From NCBI RefSeq assembly GCF_009914755.1, contig NC_060936.1: a stretch of 64,000 bases of DNA. One strand, given 5' to 3'. Below the pieces are notes generated by a model, which saw only the letters and a list, made by a program, of their open reading frames with translations, searched no databases and was not told where the DNA came from. The translations under genes and the position numbers were made by a program. The first letter of the stretch is position 1. The number at the start of each line of letters is the position of its first letter. Below are positions 1-23,185 of this stretch, piece by piece. This DNA comes from the human T2T-CHM13v2.0 reference genome, Homo sapiens.

Positions 1-932
<932 letters not shown>

Positions 933-1261
933 TCATTGGCCATTTGCATTCATTAACATAAAAGATGTGCAGGTTACACTGCATTTTAAAAAGGCGGAGA
1001 TGACTAATCAACAAAGTTCCTAACCAACAGCAGCAGCCAGTTAATATTAATATCTCAGTCCAGCATATCTCATAGAATCCAATTTACCTCACAAATTTTA
1101 ACAGTTCTCATGTTAAATTCACAAATATTTCAGAAAAGTTCTACATAAAAATGTTAACAATGGTTAACTGGGGTGATGAGATGGAGGGGATTGGATTTTT
1201 TCCTTCTTAATCTGTAGTTTTCCATTTTCAGACGTCATCCCGCCCCTCCGCGTATGTGCTA

Positions 1262-1783
<522 letters not shown>

Positions 1784-1884
1784 TCACAAAATACTAACAC
1801 CTGCTGAAGCTGGGTGATGGGTACTAGGGTTCATTATATAATGGCATCAGTTTCTGTTTCTTTCATTAAAAACTTTTTTTCTTG

Positions 1885-3689
<1,805 letters not shown>

Positions 3690-3927
3690 CTAACCTACGT
3701 AACTTTGGAAAACAGTGAGTGACTAGGTGCTCTAAGGAGAAAGACAAAAAGGACTGTGCACCATTACCGTGTGAACAGGCTCTAGGCAGTAGATGTTTTC
3801 ACAATGGTATAGGTTAACACACCTAAAGCTATTTTCTGTGGACTCTAGGGCAAAGCAAATAATTGGAATACACGGTGGCTGATGAGAGCCAGGACTCTCA
3901 ATGACAGAAAGGAAAGTGGGAGTGAGA

Positions 3928-4732
3928 ACAGGGTTTCAGCAAACGATTCCTGTAAAGGGCGAGAGAGTAAGCATCTCAGACTCTATGAGCCAAAGGCCAC
4001 GTGAGTGCTCAGAACAGCCACAGGCCGCGTGTGGCGGCTCACACCTGTCACCCCAGCGCTTGGGGAGGCCGAGGCGGGAAGATCACTTGAGCCCAGGAGT
4101 TCAAGACCAGCCTGGGTAACACAGCGACACCCTTTCTACAAAAACTTTAAAAATTATCTGATGGCTGGGCGCGGTGACTCATGCCTGTAATCCCAGCACT
4201 TTGGGAGGCCGAGGCAGGTGGATCATGAGGTCAGGAGATTGAGACTATCCTGGCAAACACGGTGAAACCCTGTCTCTACTAAAAATACTAAAAAATTAGC
4301 CGGCCATGGTGGCGGGCGCCTGTAGTCCCAGCTACTCAGGAGGCTGAGGCAGGAGAATGGTGTGAACCCAGGGGGCAGAACTTGCAGTGAGCAGAGATGG
4401 CGGCACTGCACTCCAGCCTGGGCGACAGAGCGAGACTCCGTCTCAAAAAAAAAAAATTAGCTGAGTGTGGTGACGTGCACCTGTGGTTCCAACTACTTGG
4501 GGGGCTGAGGAAGGAGGATAAATTAAGCCTAAGAGTTTGAGGATGCAGTGAGCCCTGTTTGTGCCACTGCACTCCAACCTGGGCAACAGAGCAAGACCCC
4601 GTCTCCAAAAAAAAAAAAAAAAAGAACAGCCACAGATATACATAAACAAAAGGGTATGGTTGTATTCCAATAAAACTTTACTAAGGAAAATAGGTGGGGG
4701 CCAGTTTGGACCACAGTTTACTGACTCTTGCA
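3928..4732 (+). mobile_element. MER58-like hAT element split by an AluJ-like element, itself split by a young Alu
   Basis: MER58-like ends (CAGGGTTTCAGCAAAC... / ...CCAATAAAACTTTA...AGTTTACTGACTCTTG); AGAACAGCCACAG duplicated around the Alu block. Confidence 0.65.
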
Positions 4733-5136
4733 TTAGAATAAAGCCAGGGAGCCGGACACGGTGGCTCATGCTGGTAATCCCAGCACTTTGGGAGGCCAAG
4801 GTGCATGGATCATTTGAGGTCAGGTGTTTGAGACCAGCCTGGCCAACATGATGAAACCAGGTGTCTACTAAAAACACAAAAATTAGCCAGGCATGGTGGC
4901 ATGCACCTGTCATCCCAGCTACTCAGCAGGCTAGGTGGGAGAATCGCTTGAACTGGGCAGGCAGAGGTTGCAGTGAGTCTCCAGCCTGGACAACAGAGTG
5001 AGACTCCACCTAAAAAAAAAAGAATAAACCCGCGGACGTCGCATTGAAATTGGAAGTATCAGTATGATCACAAGGTCTTTGACAGATCGATGGGTAAAGA
5101 TGTGAGAAACAGCTAGGTCTGAACACTGGGTTATAA

Positions 5137-5325
<189 letters not shown>

Positions 5326-5382
5326 TAGTGGAGACTGCCTCACCATGTTGGCCAGGCTGATCTTGAACTCCTGACCTTGTGA

Positions 5383-6705
<1,323 letters not shown>

Positions 6706-6888
6706 ACCACCACCCTCACCCGCCGCCACCTTGTCCGCAGCTCTGCCTGGATGATGCCGCTGGTGACAGTAACAGCACTCAGAGGTGCTTAACACATACC
6801 AAGTGCTGCACTTACCCAACTCCCAAAAAAGCCTAACCAGGTATCACTATCATCCCCATTCCTAAAAGAGCAGGCTGAAAACAGGTTA

Positions 6889-7233
<345 letters not shown>

Positions 7234-7309
7234 TCACACAATTGGACAGGAATCCCCACTCAATCATCAGAAAGCACCTCTCCGCAGTGACTAACAGTCT
7301 GACAATTTA

Positions 7310-8098
7310 GAGTAAAAACAAACTCAGTTTCTCCCACTAGTCTTGCAACGTGCTTCGGACACCAGGTATGTGGGGATTTTCTCCCCACAAATCACGCAGG
7401 TCGTCAGTTCTGCAGTGGACACAGGCTGGGTGTCGTCTGTCATCCTAATTCAGTCATCTATTCTGACAGCGTCTTCCTGGAGATACCAGCAGACCCCCAC
7501 AGGTTAACGGCTCAGCCCCGCAAGACTGCCCCCCACTTCCAGTGCCCAGGTTGTTTGACCTGCGCTTGGGACCGACGGGGCGTAACCCGGTGACCTCCTC
7601 AGGTTGCGGTAATTTGCTAGAGTGGCTCCCGAACTCACAGACATGTTTTACTTACACTTACCAGCAGAGTATAAAGGATTACAAAGAATACAGGTGAAGA
7701 GATGCGTGACGTAAAACCGGGGGGAAGCGCTTGGAAATTCAGGGCCTCTCTGGGCACCGCCTCCAGGAACCCCCACGTACTATCTGGAAGCTCCCTGAAC
7801 CCAGCCCTTTTGGGTTTTTACAGAAACTTCATTTCACAGGCGTGATTCATCAGCCACTGGTGATCAACGCAACCTTCACCCCTCTCTCCTCCCCAGAGGT
7901 TGGGGGTGGGGCTGAAAGTCCCCAGAACCTCTAACCCTGCCTTGGTCTTTCCTGCGACCAGCCCCATCCAGAAGCTCCCTAGGGGCTGCCGGCCACCAGT
8001 CCACTCAGCCTACAAAAGACATCACTTTGGAGGTTCCCGGGATTTCAAGAGTTGTATGCCAGGAAAAGGGGATGGAGCTGAAATACACAGTTCACTGT
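7310..8098 (-). mobile_element. MER21-family LTR in ANKLE2 intron 1
   Basis: Reverse complement resembles recalled MER21 (GGCATACAACTC...GAAAGACCAAGGCAGG...GACTTTCAGCCCCACCCCC). Confidence 0.7.
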
Positions 8099-8169
8099 AT
8101 CAGTTACCTCAAACTTAAAACGACCAAAACCCACCTCTGATCTCCACATCACCCAGACCCGATAGTCTA

Positions 8170-9560
<1,391 letters not shown>

Positions 9561-9660
9561 AATATTTTGAAAGTCATGGTAAAAGCCGCAATTACTTTTG
9601 CACCAACCTAATAGTGAGACCCTGTCTCGAAAAAGGGAAGGAGGATTTTACTGTATGTAA

Positions 9661-9984
<324 letters not shown>

Positions 9985-10434
9985 TGAAAATGAAAGACCT
10001 GAAAAATATAATTGATATCCTTGGTTAAAAACATAATTGATCTGAGCGAGGTGGCTCAGGTCTGTAGTCTCAGCAACTCTGGAGCGTGAGGGGTGATGGT
10101 AGTTTCAGTCCGGGAGTTCGAGGCTGCCATGAGCGTGATCTCGCCTGTGAATAGCCACTGCACGCCAGCCTGACCAACATAGCAAGACCCCATCTCTTAA
10201 AAAATATCATTGGATGGTACTAATGGTTGGTTGGGCACTACAGAAGAAAGGGTCAGTAATTTTGAAGATGGATGAAATGGAAATTCAAACCACGATGAGA
10301 TGCTGCTTGAAATCCACCAGAATGGCTAAAATTTAAAAATTGGCAATATCAAATTTTGCTGGCAAGAGCAAACACTGAGTTAACCACCTTGGAAAATAGT
10401 GAGGCAGTTTCTTTCAAAGTTAAACGTACACCTC

Positions 10435-11022
<588 letters not shown>

Positions 11023-11906
11023 TTAGCTGAACGTGGTGGCACACGCCTTGAGGAGGGAGGATTACTTGAGCCTGGGAGGTCAAGGCTGCAGTGAGCGAAG
11101 ATTGCGCCATTGCCCTCCAGCCTGGGAGAGAGAGACCCTGTCTCAAAAATAAATAAATAAACAAGTACGTACATACATACATAAAAAGGTAATTATGTAA
11201 GTCCTCGTTACGGAGCCTCCATACATGAAGGGCTTTAGAGCCGATTTGTTAAATGGTCAGCTGTAGTCAGCTGTTGACACCCAGCGTCCACTCTCCATTA
11301 AGTTATTAAGAGCTTTTTCTTAGTAACAGAAGCTCTCAGTGGGCTGTGGAGACGCTGCCGTCTCCTGAACACATCCAGCGACCACATGACTAAGCAAAGG
11401 CAGCGGAGAGTGGACGGACGGTGATGGACGCGGCCACGGAGCCCAAGCGCCCACAATGCGCATTCCTGTCTTTTCTCTCCCCGCTCACCTCAGAGCGGGA
11501 CGGAAGGTGGGACTGGGAGAGCTGTTCTCGGGCAGGTGGACACTGTGGATTAGCGGAGAGGGAAGGCACTTTCGTTCTCGGCACCGTGAGGCTGTCCTGG
11601 TCAATCCTGTTTTCATGCTTGAGGGTCTCTGGTGCAGCAGCTCCACCAGCCTTGACACCAGGACTTCTGTGGAATCCAGGTAAGCAGCCAGGGTCCTGAT
11701 AGGGCCATGCCCTCACCCCCATGTAATGCATCCACTCCCAGTTAAATGAGAAAGGAACAATCACAGGAAAACATGGAGAACAACTCCACTGTTCAGAAGC
11801 CAACCCTATATTAGCTACTGTTTAGGTAGAAATGAAAAACTTTGAGACGTAAACTCCTGCAGGTAGAAGTAGATTTCCGGTGAATGAACAAAATGAAGCT
11901 TATTAG

Positions 11907-12138
<232 letters not shown>

Positions 12139-12957
12139 TAGCCAGGATGGTCTTGATCTCCTGACCTCATGATCCGCCCACCTCGGCCTCCCAAAGTGCT
12201 GGGATTACAGTCGTGAGCCACTGCGCCCAGCCCTGATTTTATTCCTAGTTGTAATTTAACTTCTACTTCATTTCTGATCCGAGATCACAAAGGGGCCATG
12301 TGAGCCCCAGGGACTGAGCGGAAGCTGAAGTCTCACAGCTCGAGGATTTACTCCCAACGTGCTGGGAAAAGCCCTAGATGAGCAGGGAGTAGCTAATTTC
12401 TTTTCTTCCCCTTCTTTTTCAATATTAATTGGATTTCCTTAAAGGCCGTGTGTCTATTAAGTTTGTTATCAATGGCTATTTAGCACTTGTAGAAACCCAG
12501 CCGTATGTTACATACAGTAGGGTCTAGTCAGGGAAACATCCCAGGCCAAGTGGTTCAGCAGAGGAAATGCAGGGGCAGGGACGGCAACCGCAGGACGCCA
12601 GAGGCCCTCAGGTGGAGATAACGGCCCTGAGTGGAAACGTACAGGCTCCAGAACCTGGTGGGACCTGGGCTGATGCAGGGGAATGAGGGGTTTCAGGGGA
12701 GCTACGGCCGTGACCATCAGACGCCCAGCTGCAGGGACAGGCAGGTGGCGGGGGGGGGGGGTCTGTTTTCTGGGTGAAGATGGGGGCATTTTTGAAAGCA
12801 TTGGGAAGATACACTTGACGTATCTATCCAGTCTCCAGAAATGCACGTTTAATGCTCAGAAGGAAATCTTGCAACAATTGAAGTGCTGTGGGAGGCTCCG
12901 CGAGCAGAGACAAGATTGTCCTTCTCTGGGTTTCAGGGCATTTAGACATGACACTCA

Positions 12958-13254
<297 letters not shown>

Positions 13255-13604
13255 TCAAAATATATCTATTTCATGTGAAGGTGAAATCCAACCCCGACGA
13301 TGTGTAGAAAAGCCCAGCAATCTCCCGCAAATCCCTGAGCCGATGGCCGCGGAGATGGGTGTCCTGGTGGTGCTCCCAGAGCTGCCTCCCCAGGTGCCGC
13401 CAGGACATGCTGCCTTTGGGGCTAGAGGTTCCCACCTCATCAGTAACGAGGGCATCGCCAGCCCTCAGCTGCCTTGGGCGCCCACAGTCGGCTTTCACGC
13501 CTCCCAGAGGTTCCGCCACCTTCAGCCCTCACTTCAGATGGAGTCAGAACTTAGAGATGTGGACACTGTGAAGGTCACCGGCAGCCAGTGGTGGAGCCGG
13601 GGGA

Positions 13605-13745
13605 AGGGTGTAGGACGCCCCCACACACAGGTGAAGAGGGCACTGCCAGGGGGAGGGCTGTAGGACACCCCCACACAGAGGTGAAGAGGGCACTGCCAGG
13701 AGGAGGGCTGTAGGACGCCCCCACACACAGGCGAGCAGAGGGCGT
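13605..13745. repeat. 50-bp tandem repeat x ~2.7
   Basis: TAGGAC at 13611, 13661, 13711. Confidence 0.85.
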
Positions 13746-15992
13746 TGCAAACATGGGCAGAGGCGGCCCAGCAGCAGTTTAACATTGCCCTGTGTCCAGG
13801 AGAAAGGCCACTGCCCAAGTATGCTCTTTATCGCAACCTGCAACATTCCCCCTCAGACGGAAGCTTGTGTAGAGGCCGCCAAGTTCCAACAAATGCTCCC
13901 GACTGTAGACGCCACCAAGTGCTGGGACTTGCTCTCGTCATCTGGGAAAGGCTTGGGGACGCTGCCAGCAACTGTCATGTTTATCCATCAAGCTAGACGG
14001 CGGAAGTGCAGTCGTCTTAGTTTCCACCATTATCTGCTTCCTGCTTTTTTTTTTTATCTCGAGTCTCAACTTTGTTGCCCAGGCTGGAGTGCAACGGCAC
14101 GAACTCCACTCACTGCAGCCTCCACCTCCCGGCTTCAACAATTCTCCTGCCTCAGCCTCCTGAGTAGCTGGGATTACAGGCGCCCATCACCACGCCCGGC
14201 TAATTTTTGTATTTTTAGTAGAGATGGGGTTTCACCATGTTAGCCAGGCGGGTTTCAAATTCCTGATCTTGAGTGATTCACCCGCCTCAGCCTCCCAAAG
14301 CGCTGGGATTACAGGCATGAGCCACTGTGCCTGGCCTGCTTCCTAATACTACCCGAGGTCTCAGATTTCTGAGTGACCTGGTAATTTTTAAATCCTGAGT
14401 CTCCTTCATGCCTGTAATCCCAGCACTTTGGGAGGCCGAGGCGGGCGGATCATGAGGTCAGGAGATCGAGACCATCCGGGCCGACACGGTGAAACCCCGT
14501 CTCTACTAAAATACAAAAAGAAATTAGCCGGGCGTGGTGGCGGGAGCCTGTAGTCCCAGCTACTCAGGAGGCTGAGGCAGGAGAATGGCGTGAACCTGGG
14601 AGGCGTAGCTTGCAGTGAGCCGAGATCGCGCCGCCGCACACCAGCCTGGGCCACAGAGTGAGACTCCGTCTCCAAAAAAAAAAAAAAAAAAAAAAAAATC
14701 CTGAGCCTCCCATCAGCGATACGTCCTCTGTCCTACACTCAACCCAAATTCCTGACAGTACCTGCCGCCACTCTAAGCCAGGAAGAAGTGACCCATTCAT
14801 CTCTGCCAAAACCACTCCTGACACCCACTGCTGAGCTCTGTAGCAGGACGCAGCGTGGAGCTTCGAGCTGCTGAGACAGACACAGCTTAAAATATACCTG
14901 TCAGTGCAGTGCCTGCAAACACGTAGCAACTCCATGGAGAAAAGGAAAAAGTTCAGATACATACATGTCCCCTTAAGGGTTCTATAGACCAAAAAAAATT
15001 ATATCCTTAATATTTCAGAAAGTTAAGGCCACAGAAGGTGGTCAGGGAATTTTTACTCTGTGTAGCAATTCTCTGGGTACAGAAGCTGGTAACGCTCACA
15101 GGAAGAAGTGCATTAATCCCACAGGGCCAAGCCCAGCGACCACCACTTCCTGCCCCTTTTCTGTACTTTTTAAACCATGGTGGCCTCTAATAACGTCTAA
15201 CTGAAAACTCTGTACCTGGTTAACTCTTTTTTTTTTTAGACGGAGTCATGCTCTGTCACCCAGGCTGGAGTGCAGTGGTGTGATCTCGGCTCACTGCAAC
15301 CTCTGCCCGATCAAGCGATTCTTCTGCCTCAGCCTCCTGACAAGTGGGGATTACAGGCGCCCGCCACCACGCCCTGGCTAATTTTTTGTTTAGTAGAGGT
15401 GGAGTTTCACCATGTTGGCCGGGCTGGTCTTGAACCCCTGACCTCAGGTGACCACCCCCTCCCAGCCTCCCAAAGTGCTGGGATTACAGGCGTGAGCCAC
15501 CACACCCAGCTTACGCCTGGTTAACTCTTAATGACCAAAATCAAAGTATGGATGAAAAAGACGAGAATCTGGGAAGTCACATTGCTGAGGTCTGAGAGTC
15601 ATGACTCCACTGTCACCGGGGAGGCCCAGCAGAGGGCAGCACCTGGATGATGAGACCCAGTTCAGGAGGCGCAGCACAGAGCGGTCACCATCCTTCCCCG
15701 GTTCACCGGGAAGCTTGCTCCCCCTCCTTCTGTATTCCTGGCAAATGACAACGGGCAAAGCGAAGCGTGGGCCAAGGACGGAGGAGGCGGTGCCGCGCGT
15801 CTGCCGTGGTCACAAGCCACAGAAGTTTGCTTCACTCCTGCCAGAAACCGGCAGGACAGTAGAATTCTCTTTTAAAGCACGTGTTGAACAGAGTGTGTAA
15901 TAACATGAGATTAAAAAGTTACTGCCAAACGACAAAATATAACTATTAAAATGAAGCTTCCAATGAATATGAAAATCTTTACCAAAAAATAG

Positions 15993-15998
15993 TTTATT
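15993..15998 (-). terminator. GOLGA3: Distal polyadenylation signal AATAAA of GOLGA3
   Basis: tttatt on +; followed on - by U-rich sequence. Confidence 0.7.
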
Positions 15999-17015
15999 GC
16001 ACAAAATTTAAGGAATTCCCAAGCACACTTACATTTGTAAAAAATCAACGTGCTTTTTAAAGTTACACTTTGTCAGACACGGTGACCCCTTTCCCAAGAA
16101 CAGCCACAACTTGAGGACTCTCTTTTGTGAGGAAATTTTTAATAAAAACAAGTAACTCAAAAGCACTGAATTTTCCAGACCCTCTAACACATTTCCCTCC
16201 GGATCCTGTGAGAGCCTGAGATCACTTATGACGAGATTCACCTGGACCTTCCGGTCAGTGAGCTCAGAACACCTCACACCACAGCGTCACTCAACTCAAG
16301 TCCCTCCTCACATCAGAGGGCTCCTCGAAGGGAGGCCCCAGGACGGTTCTCTCAGATTTGCTGGTCCCTCCCCTCCTAGAATCTTCACGTACAACATTCT
16401 GTTTTTGTTTTTAAAGACCTCAGGGAACTAGAACTCGGTTGTGGGAACCCTGCACCAAGGAGAGTTGAGGGCCAGCTCCTTAGCGCAGCACAGCACGGAC
16501 TGTGTTCTGGTGGGCAGGGCCCCTGCTGGACCCACCCGAGGAGAGTCCATTTCACATCCTATCAGAAACACTGCCTGATCCATATTGCAGAGAGTGGGAA
16601 CGGGTGTGAGTCCGTAAGACCCGTAGCATCAATCTCACATATACCACGGAAAAACACATGAAAACCAAGTTACGTTGTTTTTGGAACGTCAGAAAAACAA
16701 GTAGTGACATCGTGAAGTGCCCTAGCCTGTTGTGACACACGGTGTGGGGATGAACACGCCGCCCTAGCCCGTGACACACGGCGTGGGGATGAACACGCCA
16801 CATAATGCACTGGTGACCCTGTTTTGTAAGCAGTACTCCCAACTTCACTGCCTTTTCCGTGAGGATATTCCATCATTCCCACTTCTGCCCACAAGAACAA
16901 AATAATTCAAACTTTATGCACTGAAGTAACTCTGGAAGGTAGAAGTGCCGGGAGAGTCCCTTGGAGATAAAAAAACCTCAACAATAAAAAAAAGCAATTT
17001 AAAAATCCAACTGCA

Positions 17016-19654
<2,639 letters not shown>

Positions 19655-20166
19655 CTATGTACACATCCTATGGTGGGATGGCTATCCAAAAAAACAAGTA
19701 AAAAGCCAAAGGTACAGATAAAATTTCATTTCTGCGGAAAAGTAAAGCTCTTACTGAATGGAACAGGGAAGTGAGAAACTGCAGCCGGCCTGGCCAGGCG
19801 CGGTGCCGCAGACCCTGTCACACAGCTGCTCCCAGTTACGCAGCCTCTCCCTGTCACCCGCAGAGAGCAGCATCGGTGGCCGCTCAGAAGCCACGACCTA
19901 CAAGTAACCCTTCAGACACGTTCAAAGCTCCTCGCCGAGAGCCTATCAGGCTTTTAAGAGTTGGTCATTCCATGTGAAAAGCTAATTGTGATCTTCGAAT
20001 GTTTTTCTAGTCCTTGGCTCTCATTCTGCTATATATTTTACTTCTTGTTAAAGGCAAAACAAAACTTAAATTTCATGTCTTAGAAAAACATCGACGACAC
20101 AATCAAATAAATAACATTGATAAGAGCCTTCTGGGGCAGCGGCGCACGGAGGCGAGTCCACAGCAG

Positions 20167-20356
20167 TCACTCTCCCGGCCCTTCTTTGGAAGCCCTGCTC
20201 TGACTGTGTCTCTGTGGGTCGCCGCGTGGGCCGGCGTGACCCCCCGGGGGCACAGGGCTGGCAGTGGCTGGCTCCAGCGGCGTCCACGAGGACAGAGACT
20301 CGTGCACCGTCAGGGCGTGCTCCTCCATCTGGCGCTGCAGGCTGTCCATCTCCTGC
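20167..20356 (-). CDS. GOLGA3: GOLGA3 last coding exon (24): QEMDSLQRQ...SRASKEGPGE*
   Basis: Acceptor ttctgtcccag|G; TGA at 20169-20167; recognised golgin-160 C-terminus. Confidence 0.95.
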
Positions 20357-20762
20357 CTGGGACAGAAGGAGGAGGAAGAAGGCCCAGATCACACAAGTGC
20401 CAGGCAGAACGCGCCACCTGTGGACAGCGTCACTCGCTAGCACCTGAGTGGACCGGGGCGCCTTCGGGGATCCGCAAACCAACTGAGACCACAGAAGCTC
20501 AGCTGTTCTCAGCACCGTTCTCTACACTGTGCAGAGGACACAGGCTCAAGGACCAGTCCTGACCAGGCGGCAGGGTGGAAGCTGTCACTGAGGCCTGGCA
20601 CACACGACTTCCACTCCGTTACCTGCCCTCGGGGCGCCGCCTGGCTCCGCCCTACACACTTCGCTCAGCCTCAGGCTGCCAGGTGCACCATGTGTGGCCT
20701 TCCAGCTTCTCAGGGCCTATCAGGGTAGTTTAACTCCAGGCAGTTTCCACCTATGAGTTCAC

Positions 20763-21110
20763 AGGCTGTGTGTGCGAGTTCCCCCACCTTTATATAAACC
20801 TCAGAGGCTGTGCGAGTCCCCCTCCCACTTTATATAAACCGCAGAGGCTGTGTGAGTCCCCCTCCCCCTTTATATAAACCTCAGAGGCTGTGCGAGTCCC
20901 CCTCCCCCTTTATATAAACCGCAGAGGCTGTGAGTCCCTCCCCCTTTATATAAACCACAGAGGCTGTGCGAGTCCCCCTCCCCCTTTATATAAACCTCAG
21001 AGGCTGAGTCCTTCCCCCTTTATATAAACCTCAAAGGCTGTGTGTGCAAGTCCCTCCCTTATATAAACCTCAGAGGCTATGTATGCGAGTCCCCCACCCT
21101 TATATAAACC
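20763..21110. repeat. VNTR ~38-40 bp x 9 with a TTTATATAAA core (intron 23)
   Basis: GAGGCTGTGCGAGTCCCCCTCCCCCTTTATATAAACCTCA units. Confidence 0.95.
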
Positions 21111-21218
21111 TGCTGAAACTCTGCTGGGCACTCAGTACTGGCACCAGGAGTGCCCTCCCAGGTAAGAGGGCATTAATCTTTAAGACTAGCTGAAGTGCAG
21201 CACGGAATACGGTCGTAC

Positions 21219-21382
21219 TTGAGCTGCTGGAGGCAGCTGTTCAGGTTCTTGAGGGGCTCCTTGCTCACGGCGGGCGGTGGTCTCAGCAGCTCCTCCAGCA
21301 GCGAGGCGGGAACTGGGCAGTCCGGGATCTTGATGGGCGTGGCAGGGTTGGAAGAGCTGGCCTCGCCTTTCGGCTCCTTTCT
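21219..21382 (-). CDS. GOLGA3: GOLGA3 exon 23 (RKEPKGEASSSNPATPIKIPDCPVP...CLQQLK)
   Basis: aaacag|AGA...CTCAA|gtacga; 164 nt; phases 0/2 fit neighbours. Confidence 0.93.
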
Positions 21383-22202
21383 CTGTTTTTAAAAGCACAT
21401 GATCAGCTTTCCCACCGTCCCCTCCCTCGGGTCAGTCTCACTAGCACAGCTTGTGGCAAACGGGCCTCCCCAACTGGTGGACGTGGGGCCTCTGGGAAGG
21501 GGACCGTCCTGGCCGCCGTGGCAGCCCAGCACGACAGTCCCCGGAGCTCCAGAATAGCTGGCTGAGGAAACACCTTTATTCCTAAGGCACAAAACCAGAG
21601 CAAAGCAGAGACAACCTAAGTCCTGGGTCTGCGGCAGGACGGGGCCGAGCCACAGACTACAGCTCTCCCAGACGCTTCTCCCATCAGATACTCAAGACCT
21701 TGATGTGGAATTTCCTTAAGAAATTAAGTAAGTTTTCCAGCTTAGGCTCCCTTTTCTGGGACTTCAAACTTTTTCCACAGATAAGCACACGACGCTAAAC
21801 GGCCTCTCAATCCGAGCGCTGCCCTCCCACCTGCCTCCTGGAAAACATGGATGTGGACCGAGCACAGAAAACCGCCGGGCGCCTGGGCACAGCTCCCGGG
21901 CCCCAGCCCTTCACACACAGCAGGGACTGCCGAGTCACAGACCACCGCTCATCTGCTTTACAAAGCACATTACAACAAAGTGGTATTTGAATTCACAGAA
22001 CGAGGAAAACACTGTTGGATGAATGAAACCAGAATGAAATGATTTCATCTGTCACCCCATTACCACTGACTACACAGCAGCTGCTCAGTGTGGGCTCAAC
22101 AAATCCGTTTATGTCTGAATGACTAACACGTCTGCCAGCCTCCTGTCCGAGAGCATCTACAGCGCACGTCGGCTACCCCGGGAGGGACGCGGGCCTGAGT
22201 AC

Positions 22203-22367
22203 CGTCTTGGCCGCGCCGCGGCGTAGGTCCAGCTTGAGCTGCTGGTTCTGCTGGAGCAGGGTCTTCATGTTGTTCTTCAGCTCCGACACTTTTGCCTGGA
22301 GCATAAATTTATCCTTCTGGGTCATGGACAGGTCTTCCTGGGCCATCTCCAACTCAGACTTGACGTT
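22203..22367 (-). CDS. GOLGA3: GOLGA3 exon 22 (NVKSELEMAQED...RRGAAKT)
   Basis: ttttccacag|AAC...ACG|gtactc; 165 nt. Confidence 0.94.
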
Positions 22368-22489
22368 CTGTGGAAAATGAAGTCAGATTTTTAAAAGCTA
22401 ACAGATCTTAAACATCCTGCCAAGATCCGAGTTTGTATTTTCATAGGTTAAGCACACACATGTCCTCCTCGGCGCCATCTAGATGATGC

Positions 22490-22818
22490 CAGTCCAGGTC
22501 CAAAATGCTCAGGACCAGAAGTGTGTCAAATTTTGGAATTTTGAATATTTGCGTTACAACTACCAGCTGAGTATCCACAATCCAAAAATTTGAAATGTTC
22601 CAATGATCATTTCCTTTATCATGTTGATGCTCAGAAAGTTTCAGATTTTGGATTTTTGTTCTTGTTTTTTTTAGACACAGGGTCTCACTCTGTCATCCAG
22701 GCTGGAGTGCAGTGGTCCAACCACAGCTCACTGCCTAAGTGCTGGGACTACAGGTGTGAGCCACCAGGCCTGGCCAGGTTTTGGATTTCTGGATGATGGA
22801 CGCTTGTCGGCCTGTGTC
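22490..22818. mobile_element. Tigger4/MER46 (Zombi)-like MITE with an inserted Alu fragment
   Basis: CCAAAATGCT..GGACCAGAAGTG...CTCAGAAAGTTTCAGATTTTGG. Confidence 0.6.
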
Positions 22819-23185
22819 TATAAATAAATTCTCACTGTAACTCAAGCCCCTCATTTACAAGGGGAACTTAGCAATTACACTCCTTTCCCGAGCAGTCAAG
22901 ACCGAACCCTGAGTTCTTTGTTGAGAAGTTTATCGCAAATTGGCAAACTTTTCCCACGCACCCTCCCATTTGCTGTAGTCCATGAAATCACGTTCTTGGT
23001 CCGTGACACACAGCGCGGCCAAGGGATCGGAGCCGGCCCAGGCTTCGCCCCTGCCTCTGTCCTGCCGCATGACGTGGACCAGGTGGCTTTGCGAGCGCCC
23101 CACTGGACGAGGGCGCCAGCTCCCCGGGAGCACTGCCTGGCCGCAGGCCGCATGGCACAGGAACCACGGGCTGCCCCAGAAGTGG

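Noticed and set aside
11390-11803. ORFs and a strong plus-strand donor CAG|GTAAGC near 11680
   Set aside because: No recognisable homology, acceptor or partner exon; a lncRNA exon cannot be supported from sequence alone
21373-21390. Tandem AG acceptors at exon 23 (cag|AG AAAG GAG)
   Set aside because: Possible small shifts, but no evidence beyond AG presence
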